64,000 nt of DNA from Octopus sinensis (GCF_006345805.1 NC_043002.1:28396001-28460000); one strand, 5' to 3'; positions 46,030 to 58,580 are shown, numbered from the stretch's first letter. Notes: generated by a model from the sequence alone, not told the origin. Made by a program: numbers and translations.

Positions 46030-46195
46030 GGCTATGTGGTTAAGAAGCTTGCTTCACAACCATATTGTCTTGAGTTCAATCCCACAAAGAGGTACCATAG
46101 AAAGGTGTCTTTAACAATAGCCCCGGGCGACCGATGCCTTGTGAGTAATACCTTTTCAGTGAATTGATTACACAGAAACTGAAAGAATCCCGCCG
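46030..46195 (+). mobile_element. SINE family 2, 5' half
   Basis: TGGCTATGTGGTTAAGAAGCTTGCTTC..GAGTTCAATCCC. Confidence 0.75.
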
Positions 46196-46255
<60 letters not shown>

Positions 46256-46334
46256 GGTATTGCAAATTTAGGGTGAATACTTGATAAGTGTAAGCGCCTG
46301 TATACGCCGTTCTGTTTTTGATTTTATTTGATAC

Positions 46335-46374
<40 letters not shown>

Positions 46375-46500
46375 TATATATATATAAATATATATATATA
46401 TATAGTTAATCCAAAAAAAAGCAAAAAAAAACACAACAACGCGAGGACAGGGAACAAATATAGTATTATTGGACGCTCAGGAAAGAAGGAAAGAAGGAGG

Positions 46501-46534
46501 GTTTAACGTTTCGAGTGAGCTCTTCGTCGGAAAC
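46501..46534 (-). ncRNA. Minimal hammerhead motif, U4C variant plus extra A
   Basis: GTTT CCGACGA A GAG CTCA CTC GAAAC GT T AAAC. Helix I 4 bp, helix II 3 bp, AACGTT palindrome. Confidence 0.6.
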
Positions 46535-46652
46535 ATAGGAGAAGGAAAGATCCAGGGAAGGGAAGACAGAGGAAAAAAAGTTGCCACCGGAAGGAAATGG
46601 GTGAAGAAAAGTTCTTTCAAAGACAGGAGAGTGATATATATATATATATATA

Positions 46653-47521
46653 GGGTTGCGATGGGTAAATTGTCACAACTTTATATTTTTTATTTTGCGC
46701 ATGCGCAATCATTGTTTCTGATTTTGTCGACAACACAGTATAGTAGGGTCAGTTGGGCAGTCTGTGAGAAAAACAGCATCATCATGACGCAATTCACTCT
46801 GTCTGAAATTTGGAAACAACATGCCGTACCTCTTGCCATTCGCACCGGAAGCTCCAATATGAACCTTTCTGAGTGTTTGGGTATCACTCTGAGGACAGTG
46901 CATGTACTGAGAGTTGATAAAACTCAAACAAGCAGTCAACATCATGGTGTTTGGCGTGATCACTAGTGATGGTAACATTATGCTTCCATTCATTTTCGGC
47001 CTCAGACTCAATTCGAAGGCCTACATCAAATGCCTGGAGAAGGTAGTGCTACCTTGGGTCAAGAGGGTGGCTGCTGGAAGACCCTAGATCTGGCAACAGC
47101 ACTCGGCACCATGCCACACAAGCAAGAGAACCCAGTCATGGCTGTCAGACAATTCCTGCGATCACATCACCTCTAGCATCTGGCCACCTAACTCCCCACA
47201 CTGCAACCCCCTTAATTATTATGTGTGGGGCGCAGTTGAGCGAGAGACCAACAAAACTTCTACTAACACCAAAGATGAACTGAAGGTAAGGACTATGGCA
47301 GCATTCACTAACTTAAACAAGGAGACTGTCCAGAAGAATTGCAGGAGTTTCCGAAGCCTTCTGGAGGTCGTGGATGAAGCCAATGGCGATTTTATTGAAC
47401 AAATTTACTCTTTAGTATTTCAGATTACTTTTATGCAATTTTAATCAATATACCTGTTCCAATGAGATATCTGTTATATTCATTTTTGCATAATTTAGAC
47501 GACAGTCTATTCACCGCACCC
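46653..47521 (+). mobile_element. Internally deleted Tc1/mariner-superfamily element (maT/DD37D-like)
   Basis: Imperfect TIRs GGGTTGCGATGGGTAAATTGTC / GACAGTCTATTCACCGCACCC, TA at left; transposase remnants MVFGVITSDG.., IWQQHSAPCHTS, WPPNSPHCNPLNYYVWGAVERETN. Confidence 0.85.
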
Positions 47522-47562
47522 ATGACCACATTTAGTGACGATTGAATTGTTCATATATATAT

Positions 47563-48427
47563 AGTGTCATAGTGACGAAGCTAAAGCATGCAGAGTAAGG
47601 CTGCTTGACACAGATTCACCTAGAACTCTGCTGTGCATGCGTACTAATGTTTAACGTTCTAGCTCACTTATGCTGTTTACAGCAGTGCTTGAAAGGAAGG
47701 TGCGTAGCGTGAGAGCTTCGCATTGATCATGACAGAGAAAGTTGAGCAAAGAATTTGCATCAATTTATTCTAGTAGGTTGGCGATACCTGCTCAGAGGCC
47801 GACGCAATGTTTTCAAAAAGTTTCATCGTTCTCGACACAATCAAGGAGATCTTGTGCAACTGAAACCCGAGTGCGTTTGTAGTCAACTGAAAGCAGTTTT
47901 GACACAAACTTGGCAGACACGCGTCTCATACCCAAATCGTCAGTGATAATGGACAGAACTGAATCATAACCAATTTTCACATCCTCTGATAACTCACTGA
48001 CGATGATTCGACGGTTTCCCCTCATAGCTGCACGCACATCTGCGATGTTTTTCTCAGTTCTGCTGGCTACTGGTCTCTCTGAACGTTCGTCAAAACCGAC
48101 ATTTTTCGGCCATTTTGGAAACGTCTGAACCGTACTCTTGAGTGCGGCTCATACATTGCTATCTATACACTTTCTGTAACTCTGCGCTGGCCTCTGAGCA
48201 GATATCGCCTTGACAACTTTTTCTCTCATGATCAATGCTACGATCAAACGCTACACACCTTCCTTCCAAGCACTACTGTAATCTGTAGAAGTGAGCTTGA
48301 ACGTTAAAACTTAGTGTGCATGCACAGCAGAGTTTAAGGTCAATCTTTGTAAAGCGGCTTTACTCTGCGTGCTTTATTTAGCTTCGTTACTATAACAACA
48401 GTCCGGATACTTATTGATCAGACCTCG
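47563..48427. mobile_element. Mariner-derived element with two 5' ends (long inverted arms)
   Basis: 47563-47806 is the reverse complement of ~48184-48400; right terminus ..CAGTCCGGATACTTATTGATCAGACCTCG; HTH-region ORF 47813-48037 on minus. Confidence 0.85.
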
Positions 48428-48831
48428 AAAAAATGTATGCATTTATACATACACACACACATATATATACATATGTATGTATGTATGTATGTATGTATGA
48501 TGTATGTATGTATGTATGTATGTAAACGCATAAATAGATATATGTGTGTATATATATATATTATATATATATATATATATATACATTTAGAGAGAGAGAG
48601 AGACAGACAGACAGAGGGGAGAGAGAGAGAGAAAGAGAACACATTTGTGTTCTAGTTTTGTACCTACGCCACATCTGGAACCAGAGCCGGATTCTACGGC
48701 TTAATTTGTATTTGATACTAACATACCTTCATTTTTTTTACCTCACTGTGAACTTCATGATTATATTTAGCCATTCTGGCGTCCTATGTTTGTGCACTAG
48801 ATTCTATTGAATCCGACAACTAATTTATTAT

Positions 48832-48891
<60 letters not shown>

Positions 48892-48959
48892 ATATATATA
48901 TACTTGACCGCTAAATCTACAGGTTTTTTTAAATTCCTTCTCTGATTTTTATCTCTTAT

Positions 48960-48996
48960 TCTTTCTGTTAAAGAGCGTAGCTCGAAACGTAAAAGA
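48960..48996 (+). ncRNA. Degenerate hammerhead motif
   Basis: TCTTT CTGTTAA A GAG CGTAG CTC GAAAC GT A AAAGA. Helices intact, core CUGUUAA. Same architecture as 46501-46534. Confidence 0.45.
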
Positions 48997-49094
48997 CTTT
49001 TTCATTTTTCCTTCTCCCAAGCGTCCAACTAAGACACCTGTTTGTTGTTCAAATACCTGTCTTCGACTTTTATCTTTGAATAAATTTCATTTAT

Positions 49095-49126
<32 letters not shown>

Positions 49127-49436
49127 ACATACATATACACACACACACACGTGTGTGTATATTTATAGATGTGTGTGTGTGTGTGTGTCCAGGCACTCAA
49201 TAAAATTCGAACCTGGCTTGCTACAACATTTACTGCAACAATCCACTTATAGAACACTACTTAAATTCGGTGTATTATCACAAGTATATTATAGAAATCA
49301 TAAAGTATGGAGATGTGTTATCAACGATCTATAAATCGTTCGTATTACATCTACATTCGTCATATTCCCCCATATATATATGCGATGCGCGTGTGTATGC
49401 GTGTGTGTGTCTCTGTCTGTGAATACATATATGTGT

Positions 49437-49568
49437 ATATAAATATATGAAAGAATGGAGTTGAACGACGAATTAACAAAATTCCTTTATTTTCGACATA
49501 TAATTTTCGACTTAATAAAGGAATTTTGTTAATTCGTCGTTCAACTCCATTCTTTCATATATTTATAT
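49437..49568. repeat. Perfect 55-bp inverted repeat with 22-nt loop
   Basis: ATATAAATATATGAAAGAATGGAGTTGAACGACGAATTAACAAAATTCCTTTATT (49437-49491) and its exact reverse complement (49514-49568). Confidence 0.92.
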
Positions 49569-49707
49569 TTAAAAAAAAACATACAAATTTCTACACGAAA
49601 GCACATAACTTCAAACGTGTCTTCTCTGATGTGAATTTGCTGCCCAGGTATCGGTTAACCGAATTATCCAGAACAAGATAATTCATTCTACTACTCAAAT
49701 ATATCTA

Positions 49708-49761
<54 letters not shown>

Positions 49762-49834
49762 TATATATTATATTATATATATATATAATAAATATAATAT
49801 ATATATATAATATTCATACATTTATATATATATA

Positions 49835-50050
49835 CGAGGGGGTGCTCAAAACTTCCTGGTTTTAAGGTATCGGGAAGGGCGGATTCGGAGGCCCAACCTT
49901 CCGAGTACTTTCTCAGGGCTTACAAAAACTGAATGAATACTGCAATAAGTGCGTGAATCTGAGAAGGTAATAATTTGAATATGATCATAACTAATTTTTC
50001 CTCCTGTATTATCTTTTACCCAAAGCCAGAAACATTTCAGCAGCCACCCG
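49835..50050. mobile_element. Mariner-derived MITE
   Basis: TA-CGAGGGGGTGCTCAAAACTTCCTGG..CCAGAAACATTTCAGCAGCCACCCG-TA; interior resembles a mariner transposase C-terminus (FSQGLQKLNEYCNKCVNLR). Confidence 0.8.
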
Positions 50051-50914
50051 TATATATTGTGGTAGTCTCTCGCTTCTGAGATACGCAGTTCTTGCCGAAC
50101 GATGTGCACAAACGATTTGTTTATAGCGATTAAATGTTTGTACCGTACATTAGCTCACCCACTCCATCAAATCGATGTTGACTGAACAAGTGCACAGTGT
50201 ATCACACGTCAGATGGCAGAATGATCGCAGCGCTGCGAGAGATATAGTGTTTTGCTCAAGAACAAAACGCACCACACGGTCCAGTAATTGTAACAAAAAC
50301 TCACGCTGGTGAGTGCAACACTGTAACCACTAGGACAGACATACGCACACACGTATTCATACAAACAAACATACATACATACATACATACATACATACAT
50401 ACATACATACATACATACATACATACATACATACATACATACGACGGCTTTCCACTCAGTTTGCATCAACCAAATTCACTTATTAGACATTATTGGACCA
50501 AAGGCTATTCTATAAAAAAGGAGACGAAAAACGGTCTATAAAACTTATAGATGAGATCTCATTATATGCGGTGTATTTAAATGTGTATGTTGCAAAACAA
50601 TAATTGGGTTATATTTGGAATGTGCTACGATGTAGGAATTAATGCAGGTATAATGATGACTTGGTGGATATATTTTCGAATGTGATAGAATATTTTCCTT
50701 AGTGACGGTACTCTTTGGCTATGTCCGGTATCGATAAAATAAGTAGCAAATTAATACGTAATTAAAGGCAGTGCTCTTGGATGGCTGGAATTCAATAACT
50801 GAAAGACGTGGAAGAACAGAACTTTAGTAAACACACACATACACACACACACACACACAACCACGTACATATATTATATATTATATATATTACACAAATA
50901 TATATTACATTATA

Positions 50915-50968
<54 letters not shown>

Positions 50969-51929
50969 TATTACCTGCATACAACATACATACACATACA
51001 CATATATACATATGCAAATATAGATAGATAGATAGATAGATATTACTCTGCAAACGAGCATTAAGTTCTGTGTGTATGCATGTGCGAATATATATATATA
51101 TACACACATCCATGTATTCATGAGTACATCTATGCATGTATGTATGTATGTATATATGTATGTACCTATGAATATATGTATGTACCTATGTATGCATGTA
51201 TGTATGTATGTATGTATGTATGTATGTATGTATGTATGTATGTATGTATGTATGTATATATGTATGTATGTATGTTGTATGTATGTGTGTGTGTGTATGT
51301 ATGTATGTATGTACGCATGTATGTATGCATGCATGTATGTTTCTATGTTTACGCACCCTAAACTTCTGTGTGACAGTTCTTTTCTTTCTTTCAACGTAAT
51401 AGTCTCCCTTTCTTCCTCTGTTTTGTCTCTCTCGCTCTCTTCTTTTCTCCTTCACCTTTCCTGGCCCGTCTTTCTTTACACTTCTCACTAGTTTTCCTCC
51501 TTACTTTCTAGCACCTCTCTCACCTATTTCACCATTGCTTCTGTATAAAATCTATTTAACAGCCAAAGATGACAGACGTTTGAGAAACGACATCAGGATG
51601 TAGACCGTAATTGTTGTAAGAATCTAGCCGATTGTCGATTCGTTTCGTATTCCACCAAAGTCGTTTTTGCTGCTCTGATATTTAATGGTGCCTAAGAAGA
51701 TTACCAAAGACACTGTACAAACTGCAAAAAATCATTAAAAAAAAACGAACAAACATAAAGGATATTGTGGCAGCTAGCTAGCTGTTATAACATCTAAATG
51801 TATTTAAATTTCAATGGATTTTATGGAATAATCGCAATCCGATGGGACATTCGCCATTTTGTCTTTAAATGAAGCTCGATGCATCAAATTCATCATTGTT
51901 TAACAGATTTCTATTTTCTTTGTTTTTAG

Positions 51930-51944
51930 TGAGAAAGATACAAG
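51930..51944 (+). CDS. Candidate 15-nt microexon
   Basis: TTTCTATTTTCTTTGTTTTTAG|TGAGAAAGATACAAG|GTAAGC: strong acceptor and donor 15 nt apart; frame-preserving length. Confidence 0.45.
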
Positions 51945-52617
51945 GTAAGCGATATTAAAGAACACTGGAAAAAAATAAACAGTGATTGCAAAGACAAACA
52001 GAAAACAAAACAGGACAGCAGGAAAAACAAAAAAGAACGTCATAGTAAAACACTGACAAAAGTTGTAATGCTTTTGGGGTGGGGGTGAGGAAGAGTTAAG
52101 ATGGTGTATTTGTAGCGTTTAAACATTTCCTAATACAATATTCCTGGATTGTTCAGTGACAGAGTTTGATGTTGCAGCTGATGATGTTGCTTTCCCAATC
52201 ACGAATATTCGATTGAGCTTACCTCTGTGTGAAAGTATATAAAATTCTATGTACATTTATTTATGTGTGTGCGTGTATGCATATACGTATATGTATTTAT
52301 ATATATATATATAAACACACACACATATATATACATACACAAATACACATTTATATATATATATGTATTATATAAATATATATATGTATTATATAAATAT
52401 ATATATGTATTATATATTATATATATATATATATTATATATATATATATATATATAATATATGTATATATATATATTACAAGCACAAACACTTACTCACA
52501 CAAATACACTGGCATATATTTATTTACTAATGTTCTTTGTGTGTGTGTATTCACTAATCCACTATTTATGCTAGTGTTCCAGCCACCAATGGATAGAAAT
52601 ATATATGTATGTATATA

Positions 52618-52657
<40 letters not shown>

Positions 52658-52690
52658 CATACATACAATACATATATATATATAACATAC

Positions 52691-52730
<40 letters not shown>

Positions 52731-52921
52731 CGTGTGTGTTGTTGTTGTTGACTGTCAGAGAAAGAGTACTCAATAACACTGTAGAGATTAATAGTGCCTT
52801 TATTTTGGCTGAGTCAGTCTCTTACAACTCTGGAGATTCGCGTGTGCGTTCATAGTGGCATAACTTCCCTGATGACCATGTAAACGCACAGGCAAAACTC
52901 CAGAATATAGATTTGTGAGGA

Positions 52922-52960
<39 letters not shown>

Positions 52961-53173
52961 TGGGTGTGGTTATACATGTGTGTGACTGTGTGTGTGTCTA
53001 TGTGAAGGTATAGACGTTATAAGAATTTTTTAAACTTGAAACAGACTTTTATAAAATGGAATAATTCTATTCCTTCAATTTTCTTTCTTTCGAGCACACA
53101 TATAAAGCTATAAATGATAACATATAAATATTTGCTTGAAAAATTCTTGTTGAAGGAGCCGATGGCTTGTGAA

Positions 53174-53205
<32 letters not shown>

Positions 53206-53260
53206 CTTGGAAATGGATGCATGGTGTTCAATTAAATAATAATATAAATAAGATATATAT

Positions 53261-54085
53261 ATCCTGTCACCAGCAGCCTTCAATATATATGCTGAAAAGG
53301 TCATGAGGAATGCAGGCTTGGAGGATAGCAGCATTGGAGTGAGAACTGGAGGAAGAAATATCAATAACCTTCGCTAGGCAGAAAATAATAAGGATCTTAT
53401 TCTGCTAGTGAAGAAAGAGAGTGAGAAATTTGGGCTGTACCTCAATGTCAAGGAAACGAAGATCATGTCAACAGCAACCACAACAAGCATCAGCATCAAG
53501 ATTAAGAGATCGAAGTGGTTGATGATTTCATCTTCCTTGGCTCCAAAATAAATCGAGATGGTAACTGCATTCCAGAAATAAGGCGGCGGATAGTACTAAG
53601 CAGAGAGGCAATGGTCAGCATGAGCAAGATCTGGAAGAGTAGAGACATCAGACTCGCTACCAAATGCAGATTGATGAATGCAATCGTCTTCCCAATAGCA
53701 ACATATGGGTGCGAGACCTGGACACTAAAGAAAGCTGACCAGAAGAGAATTAATGCATTCGAGCTTTGGTGTTGGAGAAGACTTTTACGGATTCCATGAA
53801 CAGCGAGGCTCACCAATGGAGAAGTTCATAACCAGATCAAGCTAGGATCACCAAGCATAGAGTGACATATTTTGGTCATATTATGCGGAGAAAATCCCTG
53901 GAGAAGGACACCATACTCGGAATGGTCAGTGGCGAGAGAGGAAGAGGCAGACCAAGAACCCGCTGGCTTGACACCATCAAGAGTGACACGGGAATGGCCA
54001 TAGACAATCTGAAAGAAGCAATCCAGAATAGAACTGGCTGGAGGACACTGATCCATCGAATAACCGAGAGTCGACTTCGACTGAG

Positions 54086-54089
<4 letters not shown>
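53261..54089 (+). mobile_element. 5'-truncated RTE-clade LINE (BovB-like 3' end)
   Basis: ILSPAAFNIYAE..NINNLR*AENN (decayed YADD), FIFLGSKI, YGCETWTLKK..INAFELWCWRRLLRIP, YFGHIMRR, GRGRPRTRWLD; ends GAGTCGACTTCGACTGAGCGGA. Confidence 0.92.
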
Positions 54090-54150
<61 letters not shown>

Positions 54151-54244
54151 GTATGTGTGTGTGTATGCATGTGTGTATTTAGAGATAGTAGTTCCCTTCA
54201 TCCCACCATATAAAAGAATTTTAATTCAATTTAATACTCACTAC

Positions 54245-54356
54245 TCATTTCTCAGCTACACGTGTTTCTTGAGGTTCTTTTACGGTTCCTTAATCACGCA
54301 GTGTTTTACAGGAACCTTTCTTAAAATGTAACCCCAATCATCAGGCCTCTAAATAA
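54245..54356 (-). ncRNA. Extended type I hammerhead, canonical core (left arm)
   Basis: Reverse-complement copy of 54907-55018. Confidence 0.75.
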
Positions 54357-54906
54357 CTTTATCATAGTTCGATACCAAATACTATATTTTATTTTAACAT
54401 ATAAGTATGTGTATGTGTAAATAGGCTCGGCGAAATTTCGTTCAACCAAAATTAATACGTAGTACATATTTTTTACGACATTTCTTTTACGTTGCCCTAA
54501 AGTTATTTTTACTTTGTAAATTTTTAATTTTTATCATTCATATCATTTGTAAATTTTCTTTTTGCATTTTGTCATTCGTACTATAGTTCTTATTCGAAAA
54601 TATTTATTTGTCATTGCTTACATTTTTATTCGAATATATTTATTTGTCATTACGTTCATTATTATATCATCATAAGTATATATTTTATTTTTATTCCTAC
54701 ATATTAATTTTATTTGAATGTTTACAGACATAAGTTACGTGAGAATTTAGATTTTGTAAATTTTTATTTTTTATTTGTATTGTTTTTATTAAGTTTATTT
54801 GAATTAAATTATGGATAGCACAGTAAGGTCCGGCGAACCTATTTACACATACACATACTTATATGTTAAAATAAAATATAGTATTTGGTATCGAACTATG
54901 ATAAAG

Positions 54907-55018
54907 TTATTTAGAGGCCTGATGATTGGGGTTACATTTTAAGAAAGGTTCCTGTTAAACACTGCGTAATTAAGGAACCGTAAAAGAACCTCAAGAAACA
55001 CGTGTAGCTGAGAAATGA
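54907..55018 (+). ncRNA. Extended type I hammerhead, canonical core (right arm)
   Basis: TTATTT AGA GGC CTGATGA TTGGGGTT..(GGTTCCT/AGGAACC hairpin)..AACCTCAA GAAAC ACGT GT A GCT GAG AAATGA. Helix II 8 bp, ACACGTGT palindrome, GUA site after 55006, helix I 3 bp + 3x3 purine loop + 6 bp. Confidence 0.8.
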
Positions 55019-55178
55019 GTAGTAAGTATTAAATTGAATTAAAATTCTTTTATGTGGTGAAATGAAGGGGACTACTATCTCTAAATAACATATATATTTC
55101 CTCATTGAGAATAATTTGAACCCCTGTGATGCCGGAATTTTTATTCCCTAATAAATAAAATTATATATATATTATATA

Positions 55179-55228
<50 letters not shown>

Positions 55229-55247
55229 CACATACAAACATATATAC

Positions 55248-55281
<34 letters not shown>

Positions 55282-55329
55282 ATATATATATATATTATAT
55301 TATATACATACATACATACATACATATAT

Positions 55330-55623
55330 ATATGCATATATGGGTAGAGGACGTCACCCACTGTGTAAACAACATGAAATACGAAAACAAACGAGTCAAA
55401 TACGCAAGCAGCGAGAGAAAAATGGAAAGCAGGACAAGTAAATACAGAGAACGATCTTTCATCAGTTGTCGACTGTCTGTCTACTCCTCATTTCTAACAT
55501 TCAACGACAATATGAGTCTTCAAAGACAGTTACTCCTATAAATTCCAAAATAAAATTTAGGATTTATGGATGGTCATATTTGGGAACAAAAACAGAACAG
55601 TGGAGACTGTCCATAGATAAATG

Positions 55624-55687
<64 letters not shown>

Positions 55688-56615
55688 TAGATAGATAGAT
55701 AGATGATATAGATAGATAGATAGATAGATAGATAGTCTTCATTCATTTTTTTCTTTTACTTGTTTTAGACATTTGACTGCGACCATGTTGGTGTACCGCC
55801 TTAAAGTAGTCGAACAAATCGACCCAGTGCTTATTTTTTAAGCCTAGTATTTATTCTATCGGTTTCCTTTGCTGAGCCGCTATGTTACGGGGACGTAAAA
55901 CACACCAACACCGATTGTCAAGCCGTGATGGGTGGACAAACAGAGACACAAAGACACACACACACATACACATATACATATACTATAGGTTTCTTTCAGT
56001 TTTATCTACCAAATCCACTCAATATGCTTCATAGAAGACAAGATGCCACGCAGTGGGACTGAACCCGTAAGCATGTGGTTGAGAAGCAAGCTTCTTACCA
56101 CTCAGCCACGGGATACATTGCTAGTATATATGTGGGGGGGGGGTCGTGTGTGTGTATATATATATACGTGACCATCGTCCATCTTTCTTTTCCTGCACGC
56201 ACGTTCAAAGGACTAAATGTTTTTTCTCTCTTCTATCTTTTCTCTTTTCAAAGAAAATATTTCTCCCAGCGTTCACTAGTTTTCTCTCATTTTGATTTAA
56301 CGATCCTCCATGTTTGCTTTCGTACGGTTTCCTTGTATGTCTCCTCTGTTCTGTTTTTGTTCCCAACTTTGACCCTCCATAAATCCCAAATTTTATTTTG
56401 GAATTTATGGGAGCAACTGTCTTTGAAAACTCATATTGTCGTTGAATGCCCGAAATGAGTAGATAGACAGACGACAACTGATGAAGGGGCGTTCTTTGCG
56501 TTTACTTGCTCTGTTTTCCAATTTTCTCGCGTTGTTTGCGTATTTAACTCGTTTGTTTTCGTATTTCATGTTGTTTATACAGATGCTGGTGTCCTGTACC
56601 CATATATGCATATAT
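55330..56615. repeat. Diverged inverted pair of a ~290-bp repeat (55330-55615 and 56335-56615), possibly pLTR-derived
   Basis: Clear reverse-complement similarity; each copy contains CGACAA CTGATGA A. Confidence 0.75.
55750..56111 (-). mobile_element. SINE family 2, near full length
   Basis: Reverse complement of the family 2 head, core and tail. Confidence 0.82.
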
Positions 56616-56638
56616 ATATACATACATACGTACATACA

Positions 56639-56669
<31 letters not shown>

Positions 56670-56673
56670 GTAG

Positions 56674-56712
<39 letters not shown>

Positions 56713-56717
56713 GTGAA

Positions 56718-56895
56718 GGCGCGTGGCTTAGTGGTTAGGGCATTCGGCTCACGATCGTAAGCTCGTGAGTTCAATTCCTGGCGACTTGTTCACTCAGCTG
56801 GAAAAAATCAGTAGTATCTGTATTTCAAAGGGCCGGCCTTGTCACACTTTGTGTCACGTTGAATCTCACTGAGAACTGCGCTATGTGTGCACGTA
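56718..56895 (+). mobile_element. tRNA-derived SINE family 4 fragment
   Basis: A box TGGCTTAGTGG (56724-56734), B box GAGTTCAATTCC (56767-56778), followed by a non-tRNA body. Confidence 0.7.
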
Positions 56896-56909
56896 TCTGA
56901 AACTGAAAA

Positions 56910-58521
56910 TAAGTGGATAAAGAAAAGAATGCATGGACACTTTCATAGGGGTGTTGAAGACAAGACAGACAGAGAAGAAAGATACTATGGATGACTAAAA
57001 GTGATTTAAAACCGAAAACGGAGGCTCTAATCTGTGTTGCCCAAGCGCAAGCATGAAGAAGAAGAAGAAGAAGACGAAGAAGAAGAAGAAGAAGAAGAAG
57101 AAGAAGAAGAAGAAGAAGAAGAAGAAGAAGAAGAAGAAGAAGAAGAAGAAGAAGAAGAAGAAGAGTAGTGTGATTCTATTGCAAAAGATAATTTGGTATC
57201 TCAAATCGCTGTGAAAACAACATCCATTCATGAATTTATTTATTTATTAATTTTTAAATACATATTTTACCTGTGAATTTGCGCGTGTAATCTGGGAAGG
57301 CATACGATGAGCTTCTCTGCGCTAGGTGTACGGAAAACACTCGGCAAGAAACGGAAGAAAACGGTTAGAGAACGTAACTGACAGCTGGGAATCAGGTATT
57401 AGGAGTCCCCACTGATGTTCGTGCTGGGAATGATCCTCTTGAGTGAAATACTACAGAAAACAAAGTTGGAGTATGATCTAGGAAGAGGTAAGGGAAAACT
57501 GAACCACTTGCTATTCATGGACGACCTGAAGCTATTCGCAAAAACTGCGGCAGAAACGGACATCTTAGTAGAGTCTGTACAGATTCTGTCCAATGATATT
57601 AAAATAGAATTTGGTCTCTCAAAATGTGCTACAATGAGGATGAGACGAGGAAAGCTTGACAGGACAGAATCCATAAGATTGCCAAGTGGTGAAATGATGA
57701 AGGCAATTCAACCTCAATCCAGCTATAAATACCTGCGAATACTTGAAGCACACGGAATCAAATACAAAGACATGAAGGAAAAGACAAAAAGAGAATACCT
57801 GCGGCGAGTGAGAAAAATATTGGCTTCAAAGCTGGATGCCAGAAAAATTATTTCGGCAATAAACTCACGCGCAGTCGCAGTAGTTCGGTATGGTGCTGGA
57901 ATCCTGAAGTGGACAGAAGAGGAGCTAAAGAAGATGAATAGGAAGTCAAGAGAACTCCTAAAAATGCATGGAGTCCATCATCCACGTGCAGAAACTGATC
58001 ACTTATACATGAAGAGAGCAAATGGAGGAAGAGGATTGATAAGTGTGGAAGATTGCATGCGTATAGCTCAAAATAAGGAAACCTGGCCAGGACACTTAGG
58101 AATGAGGGAGTATTGAAAGTAGAGAAAAAAGGTAAAACAAAGGAAGAAGTACAAAAAAAGGCTTATGCAAGAAGGGACTGCACAGTCAATTCCATCTAAC
58201 AACAACAGAAGTTGCTGGAAAGATAAATTTCTTAAGTACGAAATAGCCCGGCTATGGAAAATAAAGAAGGTGAAGGTAGTGTCAGTTATTGTTGAGTCCT
58301 TAGGAACAGTACCAGAAGGCATCAAGGGAAATATAAAGGAAATTGGAATAGAGCGCCCAATAGAACTGTTACAAAAGGTTTGCCTCCTTAATACGTCCAG
58401 GATAATCAGGAAAATATTAGACAGCTAAAAAGAACGGATAGGATGGTATTGTAGGCTGCAGGTAGCAAGCCCATTACGTATGCAAGACTCCAGGAGCTCC
58501 AATAAAACCGGTGATATAGAG

Positions 58522-58580
<59 letters not shown>

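Larger units (their letters stand above)
54176..55087. repeat. ~255-bp high-identity inverted repeat around a ~400-bp AT-rich spacer
   Basis: 54176-54432 vs 54831-55087 are reverse complements with few differences; each arm carries an extended HHR. Confidence 0.92.

Noticed and set aside
52760-52855. Possible terminal exon ERVLNNTVEINSAF..
   Set aside because: Acceptor lies within a (GTT)n repeat; no supporting evidence.
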